Source: a virus. From it: DNA of 64,000 bases. The notes under the pieces are model-generated. The model saw only the letters and a program-made list of their open reading frames with translations. It was not told the origin of the DNA and did no database searches. Positions 37,172-44,837 of this stretch are shown piece after piece (position 1 is the stretch's first letter; each line of letters opens with the position of its first letter). The DNA lies in IMG/VR virus record IMGVR_UViG_3300050343_000218. One strand, given 5' to 3'. The position numbers and the translations under genes were made by a program.

Positions 37172-39355
37172 TTATCTACCAACAATTTCATCGAAGCTAA
37201 TACCGCTACGGGTAGCAACGAAGGTGATCGTAATGAAGTTGATGGAGCGCGAAGGCTTCAGGTAGATCTCGGCAACAAATTCGTTGCGGTCGATCACATC
37301 GCCCGTGTTGTTTGTCTCATCGCAAACGACTAGGTAATCAGTGATACCACGACGTGCTTGGACTTCACGGAGGAAACCGCCAACAGCGTTAGCGAAAGAA
37401 GAACGAGTAATTTCATCGTTCAAATCAAACAGAACGTTCTTACCAAGATTCTCAACTTGTCTTTCGACAGTCAAGAACAAACGGCGAACATTGATACGGT
37501 CGAATGCGGAAGGAGTGCTGAGAGCAGTCTTATCACCATAGAGGACGGTACCGCGACCAGGGAATGTCGAGATTGGGTTGATACGTGCTTGGTACAGCTT
37601 GTCACGATCTGACTTAGCAGGGGTGTAAGCAAGCTTGATGACACCACGGAGAACACCGCGAGTGAAACCAGCAGGTGAGAACCAAGGATCCAGATCTGCA
37701 CCCGTCTCAACACAGAGACCAGCAACGTCGCCGTTGCAAGGTACGTAACGATAAGTATCGTTGAAACGATCGTAGACATACTTCCAACCGCTATCAAACA
37801 CAGCGTAAGAAGTAGGAGATCCAACGCCATCGAAGAAGTCGATTACGTTATCTCTTTGCTGCTCCACACTAGCGGCAAGCGTGCCAATCACGGCTGCCTT
37901 GTAAGGAGAAACAAATGCCATACAATCCTTTCTGCTAGAAGCGATGTTGATGCACTTCTGAGCAACTGTGATCGAGTCAACGCGAGTACTGAGTAGAGGA
38001 CCAGCAAGGACATAATCAAGATTGATTGCTTCTGTATCAGCGAAGTAATCGTAACCAGAGGTAAGATCGCCAGCATCAACGTTGTAACCATCCACGCCAC
38101 CAGCAAGGGTGTAGGACTGGTAACCCAGCATTGTGTAGTTGCGACCGTCTTGGATGCCGCTGCCCCAGATGCCAGTGGTGTAACCAGCGTAGCTAGCGGT
38201 AACGTTAGTGCTGTCGTGCTTACCGAAGTACAGGTACTCGGAAGCAAAACGGAGAACGTTGGCGTAGTAGTTATCGCCACCTTCAGAAGTTTGCGCATCG
38301 GCAGACTTGGAAAGGTTTTGGAATTTTTCTAGAACAGTGTTCTTGGTACCACTGATCTTGCCAGTAGCATCCAGAACCACGATGCTCAGTTCGTCATACT
38401 TAGAACCGAAGTTAGCAGCATACTGCGAAGTACCAGGACGGGAAACCAGAGTGTTCCAGTTGATGTTCGTTCCACTGATCTTCACATTGTCCCACCACTT
38501 CATCGATGTGGTGATGTCTGCTTGGGTCAGTTCAAATACATCTGTTCCGTCTGTTTGAGCAGCTGCGGCAGTACCAAACTGTCCACGGTCAACACCCAAA
38601 TCAGGAGCAGAAGCAATATCTGTGACCTTGACGATTTCGCCAGATGCCAGAAGCAGGTGCTCGCCAACAGCGATGTTTGTAGCAGCGGTGACAGTGATAG
38701 TAGCATCACCAGATGCAACAGCACCGTTAAGTGTAGTAGCAGTAGCGCCAGTTTCCTTGACCAGCAGGTTCGCAGAACCAACAGGGAAGTTACCAGTGGT
38801 TTCGATCAAGAGGAGTGATGATCCACCAGCTGGATCGGTGTAAACCTTACCAGATGCACCAGAAGAGGTGTATGCGGCGTTACCAGCACCAGCAGTCAAA
38901 GCAACGCTGGTTCCCAAAGTTACATCGTAACCGTGGTCAATAGCGTGGACGCTGATGTTGTTGCCGTAACTACCTGCTGTCTTAGCACCATAATGCCAAG
39001 CTTGTGCGCCATCGTAGTGGTTGACGACATACTCAGTATCGTTTTCAATCAGTGTTGCGGTAGCACTATCGGACACTGCGTTAACTAGTGCTGCCGTGCC
39101 GACTCGGACAACCTGAAGTTGTCCACCATACGAGAGGAAGTTAGTTGCTGTGAACCAAAATTCTGCGTTGTTCTCGTTCGGGCGACCGAAAGTGTCGAGT
39201 AGTGCTTTTTCGTTAAGGATGTTAATCATCTCATTAACAGGACCGCGTTCAAACGGTGCTGCTAATGCGCCAACGTTATCGACGGTATTGTCAATACGGG
39301 CGTTCGTTAGGTCGCGTTCCTTAATAACGACCCCAGGTGATACTTGACCTGCCAT
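37172..39355 (-). CDS. gp18: Tail sheath protein
   Basis: VSPGVVIKERD, WFSPAGFTRG, FDRINVRRLF, PSRSINFITITF. Confidence 0.97.
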   Translation of the reverse strand: MAGQVSPGVVIKERDLTNARIDNTVDNVGALAAPFERGPVNEMINILNEKALLDTFGRPNENNAEFWFTATNFLSYGGQLQVVRVGTAALVNAVSDSATATLIENDTEYVVNHYDGAQAWHYGAKTAGSYGNNISVHAIDHGYDVTLGTSVALTAGAGNAAYTSSGASGKVYTDPAGGSSLLLIETTGNFPVGSANLLVKETGATATTLNGAVASGDATITVTAATNIAVGEHLLLASGEIVKVTDIASAPDLGVDRGQFGTAAAAQTDGTDVFELTQADITTSMKWWDNVKISGTNINWNTLVSRPGTSQYAANFGSKYDELSIVVLDATGKISGTKNTVLEKFQNLSKSADAQTSEGGDNYYANVLRFASEYLYFGKHDSTNVTASYAGYTTGIWGSGIQDGRNYTMLGYQSYTLAGGVDGYNVDAGDLTSGYDYFADTEAINLDYVLAGPLLSTRVDSITVAQKCINIASSRKDCMAFVSPYKAAVIGTLAASVEQQRDNVIDFFDGVGSPTSYAVFDSGWKYVYDRFNDTYRYVPCNGDVAGLCVETGADLDPWFSPAGFTRGVLRGVIKLAYTPAKSDRDKLYQARINPISTFPGRGTVLYGDKTALSTPSAFDRINVRRLFLTVERQVENLGKNVLFDLNDEITRSSFANAVGGFLREVQARRGITDYLVVCDETNNTGDVIDRNEFVAEIYLKPSRSINFITITFVATRSGISFDEIVGR

Positions 39356-39397
39356 TGTTGTAGTTCTCCTGAAATGAAATCCAGTGGTTTCTTAAGT

Positions 39398-39404
39398 TAT
39401 TTAT
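39398..39404 (-). promoter_or_regulatory. Late promoter ATAAATA for gp18
   Basis: Consensus core upstream of the AGGAGA SD and ATG 39355; a second core at 37152-37158 precedes gp19. Confidence 0.65.
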
Positions 39405-39441
39405 TATTTGCAGCTCTTTCAGTGGGGAAACACCGCGTGAA

Positions 39442-39666
39442 CTACCAGTCTGGATACATCTCTGTTGAACGAGACTCCTTTCTCCTATTAGTAATTCTCT
39501 TTATTGTGCATTCCTTACACTCATAGGAATAAGAGCTAGGAACGTTTCCCCTAGTTTTTCTAGTTAAATAAAACCCATCTACCAAATCTTTAGTCACACC
39601 GCAAGTCCTACACGTACGTGTCTGAAATAGAACGTGTTCAATTGAAAACTGTTCTTCTAGATCCAT
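39442..39666 (-). CDS. Small zinc-finger protein
   Basis: RTCRTCG...SYECKEC (two CxxC pairs). Confidence 0.7.
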   Translation of the reverse strand: MDLEEQFSIEHVLFQTRTCRTCGVTKDLVDGFYLTRKTRGNVPSSYSYECKECTIKRITNRRKESRSTEMYPDW

Positions 39667-41330
39667 TAGATGTATGGCATCATATATTCAACAGCATATT
39701 GTTTCGATCCATATTCGTCTACTTCCCAAACATTGCCCTCTTCATCAACTACAGTATCGTTATCTAAACCATTGTCAACAAATCCGAAGGGTGCCATATC
39801 CTGTTCAATCTCATTAGAACGCTCATCGTAAATACGTTTGCGGATATCTTGATCCGTCATTTCTCTGAAGTAATCTTGCATTACCATCCAAGAGAAGATG
39901 ACGTGACACATCACCAAGTCATCATTGTATCCTTCATCAGCTTCAAAGGAATCTTTCTTCTGTACAAAAGTTGTCAGTTCTGCAATAGTTTCGTAATCAC
40001 TAATTAAAAGTTTATCTTCTTCAATCAAAGCTTTGAGGTTGGAGCAACCAATCTTTTTGACAGTCTTAGACATCTTGACACCAAGCTGTGCTCTGCCACC
40101 AGAGAAACCAGATCCCATAACTTGTCCTGCACGACCACGCATTGCGCACATTAAAAGGTTTTGATACTCTAGGTCAAACTGGATGATCGATGCAACTTGA
40201 TCTCCAATGTCATTAACCTCTACCATAATATGTGCATTATTATAGTTACGAGCTGTCTCTACAATAATGTTGGGGAATAGAATAGGTTTGATTTCATTGT
40301 TTCGATACTTGCCTATCAAACGATATGGGAACTCTGTGATATCAAATATGCAGAAGGCAGAGTAATCCTGTGAGGTACCACGTGCCACGTCAACTGTCAT
40401 TACATAGTCGTGCCCTTCTTTCCTAGGTTCGTAAATATCTAATCCTCCACTTTTCTGTAGAGGTGTGTCAAAAGATAATGCTTTTAGTTTTGATGGTGCA
40501 ATCAGAGTGTCCTGAGATCCTAGGAATTCGCACTCAAACTCTTGAGTAAACTGCCTTTGCGATGTATTCCTAATCGTCTGTTCTTTCCATTTGTCATCTC
40601 TACCAGGAACTTCAGACCAATGAACTTCTGTTGATATGTACTCATTTCTTCCCTTAAGAGAATCGTTCCACATCTTGTAGAACATATTCATCCCGTTAGG
40701 GGTAGAAACTATAATTACTTTTGATTTCTTTCCGCTACTAATCGTCGGGTAAACGGAACTAAAAAACTGATCACATATATGGTTGGGGATAAACGCAAAC
40801 TCATCCAGGAACACAATATTGAAAGACATACCACGGATAGCACTGGCACTAGTAGAAGCCGCAATAATTTTTGAACCATTTTCTAACTCCAGTGAACCAC
40901 GGTTCCACGCTACAATGCCTTGCTGCATCCAACGCGGTAAATTTTCATAACTTAACTGCAGACGAGAAAGCATCTCTCTCGCCGTAGCAGCTTTGTTTGC
41001 TAGGATAGCGATGTTAACGTTCTCATTGAACAACGCATAGTGAAGCAGGTAAGTCGTCACGATTGTGGACTTACCAGACTGTCTAGGAAGCTTCGCAATG
41101 TTGAATCTGTTTCTGTGGAACTTCCACATCATTTCTTTCTGGAAATCATACATATCAAAAGATATGAGACCAGCGTCAACGTTGACGATTTGCAGATACT
41201 TTTCAGTAAAGTAAACAGGGTTATCCCTACACTTAATATATTCAGCTACTTGTTTCTTGGTAAAATTTTGAGAAGTATTAGCTTTCTTAAGATTGGGATT
41301 ACCAAGATATACATCACTATGTGCAGGCAT
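39666..41330 (-). CDS. gp17: Terminase large subunit
   Basis: YLGNPNLK, PRQSGKST, FLDEFAF, VSTPNG, DVARG, HIMVEVND, NDDLVM. Confidence 0.98.
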   Translation of the reverse strand: MPAHSDVYLGNPNLKKANTSQNFTKKQVAEYIKCRDNPVYFTEKYLQIVNVDAGLISFDMYDFQKEMMWKFHRNRFNIAKLPRQSGKSTIVTTYLLHYALFNENVNIAILANKAATAREMLSRLQLSYENLPRWMQQGIVAWNRGSLELENGSKIIAASTSASAIRGMSFNIVFLDEFAFIPNHICDQFFSSVYPTISSGKKSKVIIVSTPNGMNMFYKMWNDSLKGRNEYISTEVHWSEVPGRDDKWKEQTIRNTSQRQFTQEFECEFLGSQDTLIAPSKLKALSFDTPLQKSGGLDIYEPRKEGHDYVMTVDVARGTSQDYSAFCIFDITEFPYRLIGKYRNNEIKPILFPNIIVETARNYNNAHIMVEVNDIGDQVASIIQFDLEYQNLLMCAMRGRAGQVMGSGFSGGRAQLGVKMSKTVKKIGCSNLKALIEEDKLLISDYETIAELTTFVQKKDSFEADEGYNDDLVMCHVIFSWMVMQDYFREMTDQDIRKRIYDERSNEIEQDMAPFGFVDNGLDNDTVVDEEGNVWEVDEYGSKQYAVEYMMPYI

Positions 41331-41494
41331 TATTCTTCCAAGAACTCAGGTTCGTATAAAGGGCAAGGTTCTTCCCTCAATGTTTCGCTACGTTTTTTGG
41401 TAAGCTTACGTTGTAGCTCACGCATCTGCTCTTCTTCTAAGTATTCTCTATTTTCTTCCATTGCGTCGTAAAGTAAAGACCAAGAGTTTGTCAT
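41330..41494 (-). CDS. Small hypothetical protein (54 aa; not in ORF track)
   Basis: MTNSWSLLYDAMEENREYLEEEQMRELQRKL...EPEFLEE; TGATG and TAATG overlaps at both ends. Confidence 0.65.
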   Translation of the reverse strand: MTNSWSLLYDAMEENREYLEEEQMRELQRKLTKKRSETLREEPCPLYEPEFLEE

Positions 41495-41694
41495 CAGGTT
41501 TCGTAAAGATTATATTCCATCATCATAGCAAACATTCGTTTCTTTAGAATGTCCATCCAAATTTGTTCTTCGTATGGTCTAGCGGGAGAACCTGGCCACA
41601 TCCTTATGGAGTAGTCTAGATGATCATACATCATACGAACTTCATCAATACCTAAGGTCATCGTACAATGCCACTCGGTATTTTCCTCATTCAT
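41494..41694 (-). CDS. Small hypothetical protein (66 aa)
   Basis: WPGSPARPYEEQ motif; coupled to both neighbours. Confidence 0.7.
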   Translation of the reverse strand: MNEENTEWHCTMTLGIDEVRMMYDHLDYSIRMWPGSPARPYEEQIWMDILKKRMFAMMMEYNLYET

Positions 41695-42148
41695 CGAGAG
41701 TACCGTGTGCTCTACGAATCTCTCTCAGTGCTTCAAGGTTCATATCCTTGGTGCCACCATCGTATGCGTGAGCATAACCTTCCGTGATCATTTGTTCGTT
41801 GAGTGACACTGTGTCATCCCCGATGTATAACCAACCCAGAAGACGCCCATACTTGCCAGTGCCACCGACAAGTTCAGTCCTAACAGACAACTCATCATCA
41901 CCAGCCAACGTACCTTCCAGTTTTTCTTTGAGCCAGTTGGTTGCGTCGATTCCAAGAGCTTTCTCCTCTAAGTTTTTCGTCCTTTTCTCTGGCGTATCAA
42001 CGCCTGCAACTCTAACTCTTTCTTTCTTGTATAGATCAAACCCGAGGTCGATAGTAACGTCAATAGTATCACCATCAAGGACACGATTGATCTCCGTCAC
42101 TCGGAAGTTGTAGCAGCTCTTCCTGCTTGGTGGTGTCATTGCTCCCAT
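41687..42148 (-). CDS. Staphylococcal/thermonuclease-family nuclease
   Basis: DGDT, RVAGVDTPE, GKYGRLLG, NEQMITEGYA. Confidence 0.88.
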   Translation of the reverse strand: MGAMTPPSRKSCYNFRVTEINRVLDGDTIDVTIDLGFDLYKKERVRVAGVDTPEKRTKNLEEKALGIDATNWLKEKLEGTLAGDDELSVRTELVGGTGKYGRLLGWLYIGDDTVSLNEQMITEGYAHAYDGGTKDMNLEALREIRRAHGTLDE

Positions 42149-42284
42149 CTTTTAATTCTGTAAATGATATCCTTAATATGTATATGACATAACCTAGTGC
42201 CAATCCGACAGCAATGATTACCAAGATAATCACTGACCATACAGGATCGCCTGGATTATCTAAGGGACGCAATAGTAAATTCAT
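42075..42284 (-). CDS. Small single-pass membrane protein (69 aa)
   Basis: DPVWSVIILVIIAVGLALGYVIYIL hydrophobic helix; ATGA overlap upstream. Confidence 0.65.
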   Translation of the reverse strand: MNLLLRPLDNPGDPVWSVIILVIIAVGLALGYVIYILRISFTELKDGSNDTTKQEELLQLPSDGDQSCP

Positions 42285-42358
42285 TTCTTAACTGGTAGAG
42301 TTAACTCCATACCAATAGTAAGTAGTAGTATAAAAACAAAAACAAACAATGTACTCAT
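42281..42358 (-). CDS. Membrane microprotein (25 aa; not in ORF track)
   Basis: MSTLFVFVFILLLTIGMELTLPVKK; starts 3 nt after the upstream stop and its stop overlaps the next ATG. Confidence 0.55.
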   Translation of the reverse strand: MSTLFVFVFILLLTIGMELTLPVKK

Positions 42359-42361
42359 AAT

Positions 42362-42571
42362 TTATTGAAAATAGATATCATCAAAAGGTGGTACCAGTTG
42401 ATACGCCATTTTATCTCTCAACTTATTAATCCTCTCATCATCATATTGCTGAAAGTTTCCTCGCTTCTCAACTTTCTTATAGTAGTGTAATGCATTGAGG
42501 ATGATTGTATAATCCTCCATACTAAGTTCAAAGTATGCTGCAAAGCTTGGTTCTAGGGGTTCATAGTTCAC
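42362..42571 (-). CDS. Small hypothetical protein (69 aa)
   Basis: LSMEDYTIILNALHYYKK...RINKLRDKM; ATGA-type coupling. Confidence 0.65.
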   Translation of the reverse strand: MNYEPLEPSFAAYFELSMEDYTIILNALHYYKKVEKRGNFQQYDDERINKLRDKMAYQLVPPFDDIYFQ

Positions 42572-42717
42572 GGGTTTCTCGGATCAATTCCTAAACTTTT
42601 CAAATATTCTTGCCACCAATCCTGATCTTTAATATATCTCCAATTAGGAACAGGTTTGCCTCTTTCTATTGTGTAGTATTGATATAGAGCTTCATCGATA
42701 GTCTGTGCGATCTCCAT
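42568..42717 (-). CDS. Small hypothetical protein (49 aa; start revised to 42717)
   Basis: MEIAQTIDEALYQYY...PNWRYIKDQDWW; GAGG SD before ATG. Confidence 0.6.
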   Translation of the reverse strand: MEIAQTIDEALYQYYTIERGKPVPNWRYIKDQDWWQEYLKSLGIDPRNP

Positions 42718-42901
42718 ATTCCTCTTCCTCATCGTCAACATCTGCATATGCATTCGCCACGAAGGGTCCTCGTTTTCGTAGAGGTTCTTTTCCGACATAA
42801 GAGTTTTCTGTATTAACAGCAGATACCCATACGGCAAGTTTCATTACTATAAAAATTAAAACCAGCGGCGTAAAACAACCGATTAAAATTACTGGATTCA
42901 T
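42692..42901 (-). CDS. Small single-pass membrane protein (69 aa; start revised to 42901)
   Basis: MNPVILIGCFTPLVLIFIVMKLAVWV; TAATG overlap. Confidence 0.65.
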   Translation of the reverse strand: MNPVILIGCFTPLVLIFIVMKLAVWVSAVNTENSYVGKEPLRKRGPFVANAYADVDDEEEEYGDRTDYR

Positions 42902-43023
42902 TAATGTTTCCTCGTAAAAGGTTCCCAGTGCTCCCAACCATATTTATGAACGAGATCCATTCCTATAATAGGAACTACTATTAAGATCATTGATAGGAGA
43001 CCCAAACTCCACTGATGCTCCAT
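42901..43023 (-). CDS. Membrane microprotein (40 aa; not in ORF track)
   Basis: MEHQWSLGLLSMILIVVPIIGMDLVHKYGWEHWEPFTRKH; its stop overlaps the next ATG. Confidence 0.6.
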   Translation of the reverse strand: MEHQWSLGLLSMILIVVPIIGMDLVHKYGWEHWEPFTRKH

Positions 43024-43030
43024 CGTATAT

Positions 43031-43129
43031 CTAATAAGGATAAGCATTACCCAACCCCCATACTACAAATAGTGCTATAAAACTGAGTAGAAAAAATCCT
43101 GTTGCTCTTACGTTAGAAACTTTATTCAT
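43031..43129 (-). CDS. ndhQ: NdhQ-like NDH-1 small subunit candidate (32 aa; not in ORF track; symbol tentative)
   Basis: MNKVSNVRATGFFLLSFIALFVVWGLGNAYPY aligns without gaps to the NdhQ C-terminal helix as I recall it (LILGFIAGLIWWALHTAYA); TAATG coupling. Confidence 0.55.
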   Translation of the reverse strand: MNKVSNVRATGFFLLSFIALFVVWGLGNAYPY

Positions 43130-43293
43130 TACTCAATAAACTCCCGCCAAGGATCTGAATTGTGTAGGCACGATCTAGGATGAACCCACTCGTTATTTAA
43201 TTGATCAAGCTTAAGCTTTAATAACAAATTTTCTTGTTTCAAGATATTAATTTGTTCGTTTAAAATATCAATTGATAACTTAGATAGATTCAT
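43129..43293 (-). CDS. Small coiled-coil protein (54 aa; not in ORF track)
   Basis: MNLSKLSIDILNEQINILKQENLLLKLKLDQLNNEWVHPRSCLH...; overlaps both neighbours. Confidence 0.6.
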   Translation of the reverse strand: MNLSKLSIDILNEQINILKQENLLLKLKLDQLNNEWVHPRSCLHNSDPWREFIE

Positions 43294-43480
43294 TCCTGGT
43301 TTTCCAAAGTTCTAAAAAATACCGATCGACGTTATACAAATCACTTTGAGGTGGTTGCTCTTCGATCTTAGACCATTCGTTACAAAGATCTCTCATCTCA
43401 AGTGTAATATGATCTGGTCTAAACATCCTACCAAATGAGGACATAGCAAAAGCAAAACGCATTTTAATGCGCTGTTCCAT
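43280..43480 (-). CDS. Small hypothetical protein (start 43480 or 43462, not 43588)
   Basis: MRFAFAMSSFGRMF...VDRYFLELWK; the upstream part of the track ORF is occupied by ndhP in another frame. Confidence 0.6.
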   Translation of the reverse strand: MEQRIKMRFAFAMSSFGRMFRPDHITLEMRDLCNEWSKIEEQPPQSDLYNVDRYFLELWKTRNESI

Positions 43481-43595
43481 TTCCTGAGTAGGCGTCGGTT
43501 TCATAATAGTTATTCTCACCTCTTCTGTGCCCGAAATAAATGGTGGCACATATAAAGGGTAGTGATCCGAAAAGTAGGACATCAGCAAAAGTCAT
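43464..43595 (-). CDS. ndhP: NdhP, small subunit of cyanobacterial NDH-1L (43 aa; not in ORF track)
   Basis: MTFADVLLFGSLPFICATIYFGHRRGENNYYETDAYSGNGTAH: one TM helix, then FG...Y(D/E)TDxYxGNGxAH, the NdhP C-terminal signature; ATGA overlap with the gnd-like stop. Confidence 0.85.
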   Translation of the reverse strand: MTFADVLLFGSLPFICATIYFGHRRGENNYYETDAYSGNGTAH

Positions 43596-44062
43596 TCAAC
43601 GTTCCCTGGTGATAGTGATTGAAAAATTCTAGAGCAGGCATCGACAGCATAGGGTGCGCCATATACTCCAGAGAAGATATATGAGATGCCAAGCTTAGAG
43701 CAATACTTCTCAAGCTCCTGACATTTTGGTATGTCTTTGTTACTGTGATCAATAATTATATCACCTTCTTCAAGTAAAGGTAGCAACTCATCAAGTGTGT
43801 CTTCTACTTTTACTTCTGGGAGTGTGATCTGAAAAATACCAGGAACTTTACCAGCACTAGTAAATTTCTTAGTATCAGATTTAACTGCTTGAACAAGATA
43901 CTCCAGTGAAGTTACACACCCACTAAGATGTCCTGCTTCATATTGTCCACAGGCATTTTCGTAGTTAGTACTACTGTAACCCCAGACTTCAATTCCTTTC
44001 TCAAGCATACGGCGAGCCATACCTTCACCAGTACGACCCAACCCAATCATTCCAACTTTCAT
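43592..44062 (-). CDS. gnd: Truncated 6-phosphogluconate dehydrogenase (Rossmann domain only, 156 aa)
   Basis: MKVGMIGLGRTGEGMARR...GDIIIDH...SGVYG...IFQSLSPG; lacks the catalytic helical domain. Confidence 0.75.
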   Translation of the reverse strand: MKVGMIGLGRTGEGMARRMLEKGIEVWGYSSTNYENACGQYEAGHLSGCVTSLEYLVQAVKSDTKKFTSAGKVPGIFQITLPEVKVEDTLDELLPLLEEGDIIIDHSNKDIPKCQELEKYCSKLGISYIFSGVYGAPYAVDACSRIFQSLSPGNVE

Positions 44063-44069
44063 CTTTACC

Positions 44070-44393
44070 TCAATTTACGTGAATTACTCCAGTCATACCT
44101 GCGCCCTGATGAGGACCGCAGAAGAAATTATAGTCCCCTTTGTCTGCAAATACAACGTCTTGTGATTCTCCTGGAGCAAAAAGTAATGCTTCTCTAGAAA
44201 GATCAGGACGTGCCTCAACAATAATATTGTGGGGAGGTAGAGCTTCGTTGACAAAGTGAAGCGTGTCTCCTGCAGAGATTGTAATATCGTTAGGTTCAAA
44301 TACCAAGTTACCGCCAGCTCCCATCACTACATCTACTGCCCAAGCAGGAGACGCCAAAAATAGTACTGTGATGCAAGCAAATAGAAATTTCAT
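44070..44393 (-). CDS. petE: Plastocyanin
   Basis: Signal peptide ending AWA; LVFEP, PPHN, FFCGPHQGAGM with all four Cu ligands. Confidence 0.95.
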   Translation of the reverse strand: MKFLFACITVLFLASPAWAVDVVMGAGGNLVFEPNDITISAGDTLHFVNEALPPHNIIVEARPDLSREALLFAPGESQDVVFADKGDYNFFCGPHQGAGMTGVIHVN

Positions 44394-44430
44394 AAAAAAT
44401 ATTCAACTACAATATCTAGTAGTGATATTT

Positions 44431-44832
44431 TTATGCAACACCTATTTTGTTGATAAACAAATAAACCGTGTATTTGTGTCCATTATTGGACGCTGCAACT
44501 GTGATAGGTAACGTAGATCCCTCGTGTTCGCAGACTTGACCTTCAAAATCAATGTCTCCGCTACCACCCAAAACCAATACGGTATCAGCAGCACGCTTCA
44601 GTTCTACGTAGTGAGTAGCATCTTGACTATAGATGACTCTGCAGATTTCTAATCTTTCTGCAACCTGAACTCTATCAGCAGAACCACTACTGCCAGATGC
44701 GCCAAAACCTACATCACCAGATTCAACTTTAACTGTGTACGAAAGATCAGCAGCTGCAATATCAGTTGTGTTTTCACTCACAACTTTTACTACGGCTTTT
44801 GTCTGTGTATTTTTGAGTACAACCTTGGACAT
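44431..44832 (-). CDS. Hypothetical protein (133 aa)
   Basis: Beta-rich ORF with late promoter CTAAATA at 44855-44861. Confidence 0.65.
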   Translation of the reverse strand: MSKVVLKNTQTKAVVKVVSENTTDIAAADLSYTVKVESGDVGFGASGSSGSADRVQVAERLEICRVIYSQDATHYVELKRAADTVLVLGGSGDIDFEGQVCEHEGSTLPITVAASNNGHKYTVYLFINKIGVA

Positions 44833-44837
44833 TGTAA

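Noticed and set aside
8021-41330. Introns or inteins in gp41, uvsX, gp43, gp46, gp23, gp20, gp18 or gp17
   Set aside because: All are single ORFs of ordinary length with no intein splice motifs or homing endonuclease inserts.
42941-42947. ATAAATA core inside the 40-aa ORF
   Set aside because: It coincides with His-Lys-Tyr codons, and a 7-mer like this is expected by chance in AT-rich sequence.
43031-43129. PetN (cytochrome b6f) identity for the 32-aa peptide because of the VVWG motif
   Set aside because: The match is limited to about IAL-VVWG and needs a gap. The NdhQ alignment is longer, ungapped and includes the terminal AY. It remains a fallback.
43280-43588. 102-aa ORF as given in the track
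   Set aside because: Its first third overlaps the NdhP-like ORF in another frame, which has a family signature and perfect coupling. The start is moved to 43480 or 43462.
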